Shown here one piece after another: positions 37,908 through 48,575 of a stretch of 64,000 nt of DNA. Positions within the stretch are counted from its first letter, which is position 1, and each line of letters starts with the position of its first letter. A program made the position numbers and the translations under genes. The notes below the pieces were generated by a model. The model was given only the letters and a program-made list of their open reading frames with translations. It was not told where the DNA came from and made no database searches. This stretch comes from an uncultured bacterium (GTDB taxonomy: Bacteria; Omnitrophota; Gorgyraeia; Zapsychrales; Aceulaceae): assembly GCA_937930175.1 (NCBI GenBank), contig CALGLP010000011.1:28776-92775 (forward strand), written 5' to 3'.

Positions 37908-39434
37908 CTACTCTTTGACAACAAGGCGGATTTTGTTTCCTGTGATCTCTTCAAACAGGTCTTTTTTCTCGAGAAAATCAATGCGCTCAACCAGAAAGTT
38001 ATCTTGCACATGGGCAATCACGATCACATCACCAGAGCGCTCAATTTCAAATTCAACATTCTTGACTTTTTGCCGATGGGTACTATCCAGCGCATTGGCA
38101 ATGCGCAAAATCGATGAAAGTTTCTGAATCAAAATCTGGCTATCAGGCGGCAGCGACCCATAAAGAAAATGAGTTTTCGCTGGCGTTGCCTTACGATGGT
38201 AGCGGGCAATACACGCAATCGCCTTAATCTCCTCATCCGTTAAACGAAAAAGATTAAGCGAACTAATAATATACTCGCTGTGCTTATGATGCGCCCGGTT
38301 GTTAACAAAAATACCAATATCATGCAAATAAGAGGCAAGAATGAGATAAAGCGCGTCTTGATCCTGTAGGCCTAAGTGCCCTTTAAGTTGATTAAAAAAT
38401 TTTTCTGAAAGATGCGCAACATGCTTCGCATGATTCAAGTCAAGATTATAGCGATGACAAAGATTGGTCGCCACAGCAATAAGCTGATTAGCTTTATCAT
38501 ATTTTTTAGAAATTTCAAGACCCGAGAGAAGGCTCGCGAGAATCGCCTCCGAGAGCGATGTCTGAAGAATATAAATGTAATTTTTTGAAGCTAAAACATA
38601 AAACTGCTGCAAGATCGTCGCGTAAGCTTCCAGGGTTTCCGCAATCGCCAAAGGAATCTTATAGCTCGTAGAAATTGTTTCTGGGCTTTTGCCGGAGAGC
38701 TCTTTGAGGATATTCTGCGTTTCTGTTTTGGTCAGCTGAAAAAAATCTAAGGCCGCCTTTTTCTCAGGCAAAAGATTCTGGAAATAGAAATAATTTTCAT
38801 TGATCAGGACAATATCGTCAAGCTGAACACGCGGAATGCTTTTAGCAAGATAAATAAATTCATTTTCAATGCATTCTTTAAGGGCCTCGGCGCTCTCTTC
38901 ACGGCTTCCCCCCAACTGACTCAAAAGCTGTTGCAAACGCATAGTGCCAATCGAAAGCCCAACGTTCATAAGCGTAAAACCTTTACGCATCACGGAAACG
39001 TCCAGACTTCCGCCGCCTAATTCCGCGATCAAAAGATTCTTTTCATGAACAGGATAGGCTTTTTCTAGACTGAAGGAAAGATAGGAGTCGATGTAAAAGA
39101 CAACGTCTCCAACATTAAGGACCTCGATCTCAAAGCCTGTCTTACGCTTGATCGTATCCAAGAAAATACTACGATTGCCAGCCTCGCGCACCGCGGTTGT
39201 TGCCACGGCTTTGATCTTTTGAACTTCATATTGCTTGAGAACTTCCTTATACTTCTCCAGGATCCCAATCGTCTGGTTGATCATATCTTGCGAAATGCGT
39301 CCTTTTAAGAACGTACTTCGCCCAATGGGAAGGGCATTCTGCAGCGTTTCCACCACATGAATGTTCTGCCCGACTTCTTCGCCGATCAAAAGACGAATCG
39401 TATCTGATCCGATATCAATAACACCAGCTCGCAT
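37908..39434 (-). CDS. ppx: Exopolyphosphatase / guanosine pentaphosphatase (Ppx/GppA) with C-terminal HD domain
   Basis: GVIDIGSDTIRLLI actin-like ATPase fold start; C-terminal HD (LHDIGIFV...HHKHS). Confidence 0.85.
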   Translation of the reverse strand: MRAGVIDIGSDTIRLLIGEEVGQNIHVVETLQNALPIGRSTFLKGRISQDMINQTIGILEKYKEVLKQYEVQKIKAVATTAVREAGNRSIFLDTIKRKTGFEIEVLNVGDVVFYIDSYLSFSLEKAYPVHEKNLLIAELGGGSLDVSVMRKGFTLMNVGLSIGTMRLQQLLSQLGGSREESAEALKECIENEFIYLAKSIPRVQLDDIVLINENYFYFQNLLPEKKAALDFFQLTKTETQNILKELSGKSPETISTSYKIPLAIAETLEAYATILQQFYVLASKNYIYILQTSLSEAILASLLSGLEISKKYDKANQLIAVATNLCHRYNLDLNHAKHVAHLSEKFFNQLKGHLGLQDQDALYLILASYLHDIGIFVNNRAHHKHSEYIISSLNLFRLTDEEIKAIACIARYHRKATPAKTHFLYGSLPPDSQILIQKLSSILRIANALDSTHRQKVKNVEFEIERSGDVIVIAHVQDNFLVERIDFLEKKDLFEEITGNKIRLVVKE

Positions 39435-39553
39435 GAAGCTCCTTTATACTATTGATACTTTTTTGGCTTAATTTTCAGGACGTGTTAGGATTTGAATTCT
39501 AGCACAAAAGATTCAAAATTCAAACAACTAAATGGCAAGAGACCATAAAAGAC

Positions 39554-40492
39554 CTAAAAAGAGTAAACAAGCGAAGAAATGAGCCGAAGATCATTTTTCT
39601 TAACATTTTCTCCAGGGAAATTATTAAAATCATCAATCAAGGTTAAACGTAGTGCCCAATATCGATCCATAGGATTCGTAAATGCAGTCTCGAGACGAAT
39701 ACGATAATCATGAACGTTCTCTGGGGGAAGATACAGAGAAGCTCTTTGAGAAACTCTCGACTTGCCCCAGAGCCCCTTTTCAAAGAAAATCTGAGGCGTA
39801 AAAATATTTTTCTTAATGCTTTCTTGTTCATCCGTATAATTGGTATACTCATACCCTACGCCGATCTCTACCATGACCTTTAAACGCTCCTCGCTAAAAA
39901 ACCAGTACCCTACCCCTGTAAACGGCGTCAAACGATAATCAATCTTCGCAAATCGATCATGATCTCCTTCGAGACGATAAAAATTATACCATCGAAGGCT
40001 TTGCGCAAAATGAAAAGCATAATGAAGAATCCCATTAAAACGTTGCGTATCCATTTTCTTGTCTGTCGATGCATAAAGATGTTCACCCTTGATAATCACT
40101 TCGTTTTCTTTCGTTTTACGGTTAAAAAAAAGCCGCCCAGCAATGCGCTGTTTTTCCGTATTACCCTGAGCAAGACTATACCCAAAAGAAAATTCTTTCT
40201 TCCAGGGTTTCTCAGCGGGCTTTTGATCAAAAGCTACGGGCTCTTTGGGCGCTTGAGCCAAAACACCATCATCGGCGACAATCTTTTCAATAAATTCCTT
40301 TTGAATCATCACGACCCCCAACGCCCGCGTCTTTAACAAGACGGCATCCTCGCGTTGCTCCAAAATTTCTCCGCTCACACGATCTTGATTCTTTAAATAA
40401 ATCTCATCGGCAAAAGAAAAGGAAGAAAAAAGAGGATCGACGCAGACACTCCAAAACCCTATGATGAAGATAACCTGAAATATTCTTTTCAC
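39554..40492 (-). CDS. Outer-membrane beta-barrel protein, DUF481 (YdiY)-like
   Basis: Signal peptide, then the N-terminal DRVSGEILEQREDAVLLKTRALGVVMIQKEFIEKI pattern typical of DUF481; alternating amphipathic strands and C-terminal YSF. Confidence 0.45.
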   Translation of the reverse strand: MKRIFQVIFIIGFWSVCVDPLFSSFSFADEIYLKNQDRVSGEILEQREDAVLLKTRALGVVMIQKEFIEKIVADDGVLAQAPKEPVAFDQKPAEKPWKKEFSFGYSLAQGNTEKQRIAGRLFFNRKTKENEVIIKGEHLYASTDKKMDTQRFNGILHYAFHFAQSLRWYNFYRLEGDHDRFAKIDYRLTPFTGVGYWFFSEERLKVMVEIGVGYEYTNYTDEQESIKKNIFTPQIFFEKGLWGKSRVSQRASLYLPPENVHDYRIRLETAFTNPMDRYWALRLTLIDDFNNFPGENVKKNDLRLISSLVYSF

Positions 40493-41064
40493 GAGATAGC
40501 GCTAGCTAATGAAATGACTTCCTCGAGCATCTTAGCACGCTCGCTATCCGTCACGGAAGCCACAGAATTAAAATATTTTTGATTAATCAGCGTCATGCCA
40601 CAAAACCCTGCTAAACTTTGCCCAATAGTGATGTCCATCGCCTTAAAAAGGCCTGCCTTTTCGCAAACAACCTGCGGGGCGTTCATTGTTGCGATCACGC
40701 AAACTTTTTTCCCAGGCAAAAGGCCTTTAGCATCTTCACTATAGGCAAATCCAACGCTCAACACCCTATCCACATATCCTCGGGCAATCGCAGGCAAACT
40801 ATTCCACCACACAGGAAAAATAAAAATAAGGGTTTCGGCCCAACGAACATGATCCTGCTCTCTTTGAACATCACGGGCAACCCTTTGCCTTGCCATTAGA
40901 TCAAAATCTTTTGGTTTAAGCACAGGATCAAATTTCATTGCGTATAAATCTCGCACGCGGACCTCATGGCCCTGCCCTTGCAAGGCCTGACGAAGGGTTT
41001 CTAAAATAGCATGATTAAAACTTTTAGGATTGGGATGGCTATAAATAATCAGACAATTCATCAA
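40489..41064 (-). CDS. Flavodoxin-like NAD(P)H dehydrogenase (quinone) family protein
   Basis: MNCLIIYSHPNPKSFNHAI...FDLMARQRVAR... resembles the Flavodoxin_2 / NQO1-like family. Confidence 0.65.
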   Translation of the reverse strand: MMNCLIIYSHPNPKSFNHAILETLRQALQGQGHEVRVRDLYAMKFDPVLKPKDFDLMARQRVARDVQREQDHVRWAETLIFIFPVWWNSLPAIARGYVDRVLSVGFAYSEDAKGLLPGKKVCVIATMNAPQVVCEKAGLFKAMDITIGQSLAGFCGMTLINQKYFNSVASVTDSERAKMLEEVISLASAIS

Positions 41065-41116
41065 TGCTCCATGATTTCTTAAGCAAGAACTAGCTTACCT
41101 ATTTAAAAATCAAATT

Positions 41117-41845
41117 TCAAGTCTTATGATAAAGGCCTTTGACAAAATTTATCTTGATGCGCAAAAGATCGCAAAGCATCTTCGTGGCATCCTTAATCGG
41201 ATCAACCTTACTCTGAGGACTATTCACCCAGACCACAGGAACTTCCTTAATGCGCAATCCTTTCAATGTCGCAATGACTAAAATTTCAACATCAAAAGCA
41301 AAGCGATCAATGCGCTGTAAGGCAAAGACAGCTTGCGCTGCCTTTTGACTAAAACACTTAAAGCCGCACTGAGTATCATAAAACCCTTTGAGCACAAGAC
41401 CCCGAACAAAAATATTAAAAATTTTTCCCATGCGATGACGAATCCAGCTTTGCTTCATTTTTACCAAGGACTCTTTAAGCCCGCGTGATCCTATCGCAAT
41501 ATCACAATCGCCCCTCATAACTAATGGCAAAAGTTTCTGAACTTCTTCTATCGGCGTAGAATTATCCGCATCTACAAAAAGAAGATAGTCTCCACAGGCT
41601 TCGCACATGCCCCAGCGGACCGCAAAACCCTTGCCACGGTTGACGTCTGCTTGCAACAGCTTAACCTGCGGATGCGTCTGCGCAAATTTCTTAACAATCA
41701 TAGAGGTTTGGTCACTGCTGGCATCGTCAACAACAATGAGCTCCAAATCTACCCCCAGCCCAAAAGGAAAGGCAGCAATCATTTTAAGCGTATGCTCAAT
41801 ACGCAGTTCTTCATTGTAGGCAGGAATAATAATGGAAACAATCAT
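41117..41845 (-). CDS. Family-2 glycosyltransferase (polyprenyl-phosphate sugar synthase, DPM1/CsbB-like)
   Basis: IIIPAYNEE...VVDDASSDQT...VDADNS DXD-type GT-A motifs. Confidence 0.8.
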   Translation of the reverse strand: MIVSIIIPAYNEELRIEHTLKMIAAFPFGLGVDLELIVVDDASSDQTSMIVKKFAQTHPQVKLLQADVNRGKGFAVRWGMCEACGDYLLFVDADNSTPIEEVQKLLPLVMRGDCDIAIGSRGLKESLVKMKQSWIRHRMGKIFNIFVRGLVLKGFYDTQCGFKCFSQKAAQAVFALQRIDRFAFDVEILVIATLKGLRIKEVPVVWVNSPQSKVDPIKDATKMLCDLLRIKINFVKGLYHKT

Positions 41846-41960
41846 GGTACGGATACCCTTTATCTTAAGATCCTCTTTTATTTTTCTTTATTCTAGCAGC
41901 TTGTGCACATTTTAGAAACAGCTTCTTTTTTTCTCCTCCTGGCAACTCAGCCCTTTTCCC

Positions 41961-43268
41961 TTGACCATGCCCCAAGGAATAAATATAATGTCCGTCATGA
42001 ACAAAGCCTTTGTAGCCTTAGCTGTCTTTCTTTTAGCGTATACCCTCTTTATCATTTTCCCGAAAAAAAGATCTCTTGTGGCGATATCTGCGAGCGCTGG
42101 ATTGTTACTTCTTGGCGTTCTCTCCTTGCCCGAAACACTTTCCGTGATCAATTGGAATGTCATGGGAATCTTTATCGGCACACTCGTCGTAGCAGACCTC
42201 TTTATGGAAAGCCGCGTTCCAGCCTTTCTCGCGGAGAAAATCGCCTTTCATGCGCGCAACACAGCCCTTGCAATCTTAGCGATTTGCGCCTTAGCTGGAT
42301 TTATCTCTGCCTTTGTTGAGAATGTCGCAACTGTTCTCATCGTCGCTCCAATTGCACTTTCTTTGGCAAAAAAGCTTAATTTCAATCCTGTGCAAATGAT
42401 GATCGCCATTGCCATCTCAAGCAATTTGCAAGGCACCGCCACGCTCATTGGAGACCCTCCTAGCATGCTCCTGGGTGGATTTGCTAAAATGAATTTTGGT
42501 GATTTCTTCATCTACAAAGGACGCCCGAGCATTTTCTTTGCCGTTGAATTGGGTGCGCTCTCTTCTTTTGTGGTGCTCTCCTATATTTTTCGCCACAACA
42601 CAAAAAAAGCCGAGCTCATTTGCCATGAGAAAATACGTTCATGGGTCCCAACGATCTTGCTTGTCGTTTTGATTGTTTTGTTGGCCCTATCCTCTCTCTG
42701 GGACACAGGATTCTCTTACATGGCGGGTCTTTTGTGCATGGTGTTTGCCAGTATTTCTTTTCTGTGGGAAAAGCTCATCAACAAAGGATCTTTGATCAAG
42801 GGCATCAAAAAACTTGACTGGGACACAACTTTTTTTCTTATAGGTATTTTTATTCTTGTAGGTGCCGTCACGCGAACTGGATGGATTGAACAATTTTCAC
42901 AGCTTTTATCCTCACTCATCGGCAACAACATTCTCTTTGGGTACATCCTCATGGTCATTATTTCTATGATTCTTTCAGCCTTTATCGATAATGTCCCTTT
43001 TTTGGCCGCTATGCTCCCTGTTACTCTCTCGGTGTCGCAAAACCTTCATATCCGCCCAGAACTCTTTTTGTTTGGCCTCTTGATTGGCGCAAGCTTAGGC
43101 GGGAACATCACGCCCATCGGAGCTTCCGCCAATATTGTCGCTTGTGGTCTACTTAAAAAAGAGGGTTATTCCGTTTCCTTTAAAGAATTCTTTAAGGTCG
43201 GATTTCCTTTTACCTGCGCGGCGGTCCTGTCTGCTAGTATTTTTGTCTGGATCATCTGGGGAAGATAG
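41961..43268 (+). CDS. ArsB/NhaD-superfamily permease (anion/ion transporter); the true start may be the downstream Met at MSVMNKAF
   Basis: Polytopic protein with the IGDPPSMLLGG and GASANIVACG re-entrant motifs typical of the ArsB/NhaD/CitMHS fold. Confidence 0.55.
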   Translation: MTMPQGINIMSVMNKAFVALAVFLLAYTLFIIFPKKRSLVAISASAGLLLLGVLSLPETLSVINWNVMGIFIGTLVVADLFMESRVPAFLAEKIAFHARNTALAILAICALAGFISAFVENVATVLIVAPIALSLAKKLNFNPVQMMIAIAISSNLQGTATLIGDPPSMLLGGFAKMNFGDFFIYKGRPSIFFAVELGALSSFVVLSYIFRHNTKKAELICHEKIRSWVPTILLVVLIVLLALSSLWDTGFSYMAGLLCMVFASISFLWEKLINKGSLIKGIKKLDWDTTFFLIGIFILVGAVTRTGWIEQFSQLLSSLIGNNILFGYILMVIISMILSAFIDNVPFLAAMLPVTLSVSQNLHIRPELFLFGLLIGASLGGNITPIGASANIVACGLLKKEGYSVSFKEFFKVGFPFTCAAVLSASIFVWIIWGR

Positions 43269-43292
43269 ACGAACACGAGAGATTCAGCTTTT

Positions 43293-44579
43293 CTATCCTG
43301 AAGCGGATTGAATTCCTTGCGCCAGCTCAGGAATAATACCCTTTTTAACGTAAATCGGACGTATTATTTTTCGCAAGATTGAAAACTTGCTCGCAAAACC
43401 CAAAGAGCCCAGGATACAACAAATGCCGCCTAAACATAATGTCAACGGCGCGCCGATCTTGCTGGCAAGACTTCCTGCTGTCAAGCTCCCAAAGGGAACC
43501 ATGCCCATAAACGACATCGTATAAAAACTCATGACCCTGCCGCGCTTGTCTTCCTCAGAAATCGTTTGCAGGATCGTGTTGCTAGCGGCCATTTGAACCA
43601 TCATAAAAAAACCAGCCATGAACACAATACTTAACGAAAACCAAAGAATACGAGAAAATGAAAAAATAATCAGCCCCAAGCCAAACATCCCTGAGGAGAT
43701 CGCAATCATTTTCCCTAAGCCAACAATGCTTTTTCGACTCGCAAGATAAACCGCTCCCGTCAAAGCTCCGGCGCCAGCCATGGCCACAAGCAAGCTTAAC
43801 GTTTGCGGCCCTCCTAAAAAGATATCCCGCGCAAAAATCGGCATCAGAATCTGATACGGCGTACCTAAAAAACTCACGATCCCGAGCAAAAGAAGAATAT
43901 GTCGAATAGGTAAAGACTCGCTGACATAAGAAAACCCTTCTTTGAATTCTGTAACAAAATTAAATTTTTTTGGTTTAGCTTCTTGGGGAATGATGCGCAT
44001 GGCCCAAAGACAAAAGATCACCGGGCCATAGCTTAGGGCATTAATCAGAAAACACACACCTTCTCCGACGGTAGCAATCAAGATGCCCGCGATCGAAGGG
44101 CCAACAAGACGCGCAAGATTAACAATCGAAGAGTTCAAGGCAATCGCATTCCCGAGGTCTTCTTTATTATCCACCATTTCGATCGTAAATGCTTGGCGGA
44201 TCGACATGTCAAATCCATTGACGATTCCAAGAAAAATACTCAGCACGATGATTTGCCATATCACGATTTGGTTGCTTAACACTAAAAAGGCCAACAAAGA
44301 CGCTTGCAGCATAGAACAGACTTGCGTCATAATCAAGGCCCGGCGCTTGGAATAGCGATCCGCCAAAATACCCGCCAGAGGGGAGAGGAAAAATGTCGGG
44401 GCCTGCCCTGCAAACCCTACAACCCCAAGCAAAAAAGGAGAATGCGTCATGCGATAAACCAACCAGCTTAAGGCAATTTGCTGCATCCATGTCCCAACCA
44501 ACGAAAGGCTTTGCCCGATAAAAAAAAGACGGTAATTGCGATTACGTAAGCTACGAAAAATGTTCATCACATCAAACAT
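43293..44579 (-). CDS. MFS transporter
   Basis: 12-TM profile with the MFS_3/EntS-like N-terminal FRSLRNRNYRLFFIGQSLSLVG. Confidence 0.75.
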   Translation of the reverse strand: MFDVMNIFRSLRNRNYRLFFIGQSLSLVGTWMQQIALSWLVYRMTHSPFLLGVVGFAGQAPTFFLSPLAGILADRYSKRRALIMTQVCSMLQASLLAFLVLSNQIVIWQIIVLSIFLGIVNGFDMSIRQAFTIEMVDNKEDLGNAIALNSSIVNLARLVGPSIAGILIATVGEGVCFLINALSYGPVIFCLWAMRIIPQEAKPKKFNFVTEFKEGFSYVSESLPIRHILLLLGIVSFLGTPYQILMPIFARDIFLGGPQTLSLLVAMAGAGALTGAVYLASRKSIVGLGKMIAISSGMFGLGLIIFSFSRILWFSLSIVFMAGFFMMVQMAASNTILQTISEEDKRGRVMSFYTMSFMGMVPFGSLTAGSLASKIGAPLTLCLGGICCILGSLGFASKFSILRKIIRPIYVKKGIIPELAQGIQSASG

Positions 44580-44585
44580 CAGGAC

Positions 44586-45389
44586 CTAGAATCCTTTCCA
44601 TCCGGGTTGTCCCAACTTTTCACCAAGCCTTAACTTGGTAAAAAAATAAAAAAAAGTCGTAGTATCAAAATGAAGCTGTAAGTCCTTTTTATTTTGCTGC
44701 GTCGAGGCATGATCCATGATAGCCCCTGCAAGATCTGCTCGTCCCATATCCATAAAAACTTCTCCAAGCTTAGCAAAAGCCAATCGTCGATCTTCGGTCA
44801 TACGCTGAGAGAGAAAAAAGAGGTCCTGAGCAATAGCCTGATCGCTTGCAACCTGACGCATTGCTGCCTCATTTGCCAGCCTCGCATAAAAATCAAACGT
44901 TGCAGGCATCAAATCAATCGCCTTTTGCAAGGAAATAATCGCTTTCTCATATTTCTTAAGATCAGCATAGACCATCCCTTGGTCCCAATAATGCCAATAA
45001 CAGCTTGGATTAAGCTCAATCGCCTTAGCACACATCTCAAGAGCCTTGTGAGGATCGCCGAGATAATAATAACAATAGCTCATATTTCCATAAACGCTAT
45101 CAAGAGGGCCAAGGAAATCAATAAAGTCCTTATAATATTCAATACCCCACGTTAATTCATAAGGAGTTGGCCTCTGACCGTGGTTTATTCGTTTAACAAT
45201 AGCCTCTTCTGCTCGTCTGGCATACGACAGCGCTGACACCTTAGGGGCCACGGGCTCCTTAAGAAAGAAAAGAAAAAAAACAAATCCTGTGATGGCATAC
45301 AAAGAAAACCACCGTGAAAATAGCTGCCCAAGGGATGAAAAAATCTTCTTTTTCTTCAACCACTTATTATCAGCAATATCAGCCATCAA
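44586..45389 (-). CDS. Membrane-anchored TPR-repeat protein (partner of the upstream YfhO-like gene)
   Basis: N-terminal TM, then TPR repeats (YGNMSYCYYYLGDPHKALEMCAKAIELNP...). 4-nt overlap with the upstream gene. Confidence 0.6.
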   Translation of the reverse strand: MMADIADNKWLKKKKIFSSLGQLFSRWFSLYAITGFVFFLFFLKEPVAPKVSALSYARRAEEAIVKRINHGQRPTPYELTWGIEYYKDFIDFLGPLDSVYGNMSYCYYYLGDPHKALEMCAKAIELNPSCYWHYWDQGMVYADLKKYEKAIISLQKAIDLMPATFDFYARLANEAAMRQVASDQAIAQDLFFLSQRMTEDRRLAFAKLGEVFMDMGRADLAGAIMDHASTQQNKKDLQLHFDTTTFFYFFTKLRLGEKLGQPGWKGF

Positions 45390-47602
45390 AACCTTTCTTC
45401 TAAACGTAGCGGCTGCCTTAAGAATAAAATGATCAAATAAAATAACATGCCAAGGTGTAGAGCTAAAACAAAAAAATAAAAAAGAGCTCCTCCTAGCGGG
45501 GCATAATAAAAAACAAGGACATTCTCGCCAGGAGAAAGAACAACACCTTTAAAAGCAATGTTCGCGCGATAAATAGGCACTCTTTTGCCGTTTAACTTGG
45601 CCTTCCAGTCAGGCTGAAAACTGTCAGTGTAAATAAGAAACTTTTCCTTATCAAAGCGCGTTCTAATCTTAATAGAATTCACATCAAAATCAAGAACCTC
45701 AAAGAGGTCCGATGGCCCCGCAATAGACAAGGCGCGCCCTGCAATATCTTGATTCTTTGTAATTAAGCTTGATCGCAATAGACTTTGTTGAGATCTAAGT
45801 GGCAGATGAACAAGCGCAAGATCCTTGTTTTTCCCAAGAATTTCCTCCATCACAACCAAAGATTCTTTTTCCTTTGCAGCAATATTGACGTGGTCATAGA
45901 GATAAAATTTGTATTTCACATATTGCCTTGCAAGCGAACCAAAATTCCGCATTAAATCATACGACCATCGTGACGGACATCCTGCCCCGACCAAAGGAAA
46001 TCCCGCAGCATCTTTCATTTGAACAAAAGAAGCATGGCTGTCGTAAGCATCATATTTTTCAAGAAAAGGAGGACGCTCAAACGAAAAACTTGGACGCCCT
46101 GATAGATATACATAATTTTGCAGAACACGGTCTTTGTTGAAATCCATATTTTCCAGATCATCGTGAAAACGCCACATAACCTCAGCGGGCTGAGTCACAA
46201 CGCATAGGATCAACAACGCAAACCATAACAATCGTGGAAATCGACGCTTAAGAACAAAAAGACTAAAAAAAAGAGCACTTAGAACAATAGTTATCTGCGT
46301 TGAAAGAAGCATCGGCTGGCTTTGCAAGAAAAACCAAATCCCTGCATGGATAAGAAAAATCGATCCCAGGCGTAAATAATGAGGAATGCTAAGCTTGTCC
46401 TCAAGAAGAGATTTTAATTGTAGAGCAACAAACAAAATAAAAACAGGCCCTATAACAAAATAAAATGTTCCCAAGCCATGAATAAGCTTAAAATACGAAA
46501 AATGTTGATAAAAGAATTTATATACAGAAGTCTGGCTTCCAAGGCTGATCAAGAACAGCACCAAGGCTAACAAAAATACGAGGAATGCCTTTTTCTTTAT
46601 TCGATAGAAAAGACCCAGCAATAAAATACAATAAACAAAAAGAGAAAAATAAGGGGTTGAATAACAAGCAGATATCTTGTCAAGGTCAAGAAATAAACGC
46701 TTTGTCATCATCTGAGCGGTCCCGCAGAGACCAGCAGCTTTCTCGTAAGAAACATCGGCTCCACCCCCATAGGCTTCTTGATCCAAAACTTTTCTTTCTC
46801 GCACGACAACATCACCTCTCTTAATAATACTATACCCTTGGAAAGAAGTGACCAAAAGCAATCCTGCTGCCAAAGAGCAAAAAACAACCAAACAATGATG
46901 CTTGCGAACAAACAAAAGCATGGAAGAGAAGTCCTTGGGAACCTGACGCGCATAAAACACGAAATAAAGAATGCTTACAATAATGAAAACAGTTAGCCAG
47001 TAAAAGGGCAAATAGCAGTTCGCAATAATCATAAACGTAAACACCAGTCCAACAAAGAAACGCTTTTCCCATGTTTGCCAAAAGCGAACAAGAAAATAAA
47101 AAAACCATATTGCAGGAACACTGACAAAAAGACTGTTTGGGCTAGAAAAAATGTGCATTCCTTGAGAAGAAAAAAGAAGCATCAAAAAAGCAATATAAGC
47201 AATCGTGGCATCTTTCAACAAAGCCTTAACAAGCAGATAGAAACCCAGGACACCAACAAAGAAATACCCAAGATAGGTCCAAAGGAAAGCTAAATAAGAG
47301 CTTATTCCTACTTGCCGAAGAATCCCAATAAGCAACCACATAGGATTAAAAGGCCCGAAAGCCAAGAAAGAAGACAAAAGAGGGAAACCAAAGAACAAAA
47401 AAGGACTCCAGAGTGCAAAAATACCCATGGATAAATTATCAATAAAAAATTTAATTATGACATAAAAACTGCTTGTATCGCCGACCATAATGACTCGACC
47501 GGTCACGATTGGATAAAAAAGAAAGAGCCAGAAAACAAAAGGGAGCAGGAACTTCAAGGCCCGCCTTGCCACATTAAGAATTTTCCTCGATTCTTCGATC
47601 AC
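45386..47602 (-). CDS. YfhO-like polytopic membrane protein (putative GT-C fold glycosyltransferase), copy 1
   Basis: About 480 aa of TM helices, a periplasmic domain of about 230 aa, and a terminal TM with FKGVVLSPGENVLVFYYAP, which resembles the YfhO C-terminus. Confidence 0.45.
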   Translation of the reverse strand: MIEESRKILNVARRALKFLLPFVFWLFLFYPIVTGRVIMVGDTSSFYVIIKFFIDNLSMGIFALWSPFLFFGFPLLSSFLAFGPFNPMWLLIGILRQVGISSYLAFLWTYLGYFFVGVLGFYLLVKALLKDATIAYIAFLMLLFSSQGMHIFSSPNSLFVSVPAIWFFYFLVRFWQTWEKRFFVGLVFTFMIIANCYLPFYWLTVFIIVSILYFVFYARQVPKDFSSMLLFVRKHHCLVVFCSLAAGLLLVTSFQGYSIIKRGDVVVRERKVLDQEAYGGGADVSYEKAAGLCGTAQMMTKRLFLDLDKISACYSTPYFSLFVYCILLLGLFYRIKKKAFLVFLLALVLFLISLGSQTSVYKFFYQHFSYFKLIHGLGTFYFVIGPVFILFVALQLKSLLEDKLSIPHYLRLGSIFLIHAGIWFFLQSQPMLLSTQITIVLSALFFSLFVLKRRFPRLLWFALLILCVVTQPAEVMWRFHDDLENMDFNKDRVLQNYVYLSGRPSFSFERPPFLEKYDAYDSHASFVQMKDAAGFPLVGAGCPSRWSYDLMRNFGSLARQYVKYKFYLYDHVNIAAKEKESLVVMEEILGKNKDLALVHLPLRSQQSLLRSSLITKNQDIAGRALSIAGPSDLFEVLDFDVNSIKIRTRFDKEKFLIYTDSFQPDWKAKLNGKRVPIYRANIAFKGVVLSPGENVLVFYYAPLGGALFYFFVLALHLGMLFYLIILFLRQPLRLEERF

Positions 47603-47753
47603 AAAAACCCTTTCCTTAAAACGTCAACGATCTATCCTTCCCAACAAAAAACTATCTCAAAATATTAAAGATCACTCAAGACTTAAGTTCTAGGAAGTCG
47701 TGGCATCCGCGTTGACAACGCATAACCCTCTTTATCAAATCTTCTCTAGCAGC

Positions 47754-48575
47754 CTAATTTCTTTGTTTCTCTTGGGAAGCCTTTGAGAAAACAAGAATCT
47801 TTGCGAGCAAAGGACCAATCAATGAATCAAAATGCACCCTTTCTTTGGGATCCATCCTCTCCCACCAATAACGATCCATTTGATCAAGAAACTTTTTGAG
47901 AACTGCTTTCTGCTGCAAAGGATCCTCTGAAAAAGAAACACTAGGCAAGGTTCCTGATAAGAGCTTACTAGCTTTATCAAAATCCCCAAGAAAATAATAA
48001 CTTCTGACAATCTGAACTTCAGCCAAGAGTTTATCTCGTTCTAATTCAAAAATAAGTTTAAACAAGAAACTGTTTTTTGCCTCATCGCTAAACTCAAAGG
48101 CGGGAAGCACAATAATTTCCTTATAGTAGTCTAGGGTTTGACTCATCTTTTGTATCGCTTGCTCCAGCGCAAGAATAGCCTTCCTGTATTCTTTTTGATG
48201 AAAAAAAATCATCCCCTTGTCCCATACGTAAGTATAAATATTCGGATTAAGCTCAATAGCTTTATCATAAGCTTTATGCGCTGCAGAGTACTGTTTTAAA
48301 TAAAAGCGACAAAACCCCATGTTTCCGTATGCATAATCAAGGCTCGGAAACAGAATCAAAAGTTCTTCATAATAATTAATAGCTCGGAGATAGCCTCTTT
48401 CGTTAACTTCTTTGCGCCCCTGCACGCCCTCAAGAATGGTTATTTCTGCGTGTTGAAGGCACCCCAGCGTAACCATATCAATGTCAAAGGGCTGATGATC
48501 GGCGATCCAGAAAAGAACAAAGAAAAATAACAAATAAATCCATAAATATCTTTTAAAAAAGTTAATTTTCATCAC
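47754..48575 (-). CDS. Membrane-anchored TPR-repeat protein, paralog of 44586-45389
   Basis: YAYGNMGFCRFYLKQYSAAHKAYDKAIELNPNIYTYVWDKGM aligns with the other TPR protein. 14-nt overlap with the upstream YfhO-like gene. Confidence 0.6.
   Translation of the reverse strand: MMKINFFKRYLWIYLLFFFVLFWIADHQPFDIDMVTLGCLQHAEITILEGVQGRKEVNERGYLRAINYYEELLILFPSLDYAYGNMGFCRFYLKQYSAAHKAYDKAIELNPNIYTYVWDKGMIFFHQKEYRKAILALEQAIQKMSQTLDYYKEIIVLPAFEFSDEAKNSFLFKLIFELERDKLLAEVQIVRSYYFLGDFDKASKLLSGTLPSVSFSEDPLQQKAVLKKFLDQMDRYWWERMDPKERVHFDSLIGPLLAKILVFSKASQEKQRN

Noticed and set aside
39435-39553. Possible tRNA or sRNA in the ppx / DUF481 spacer (GGATTTGAATTC ... AATTCAAA inverted repeat resembling a T-arm)
   Set aside because: There is no cloverleaf (no acceptor stem or anticodon arm), only an 8-bp inverted repeat with an 18-nt loop. 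It is more likely an operator or terminator-like hairpin. No other intergenic gap contains a GTTCGAATCC-type T-loop.
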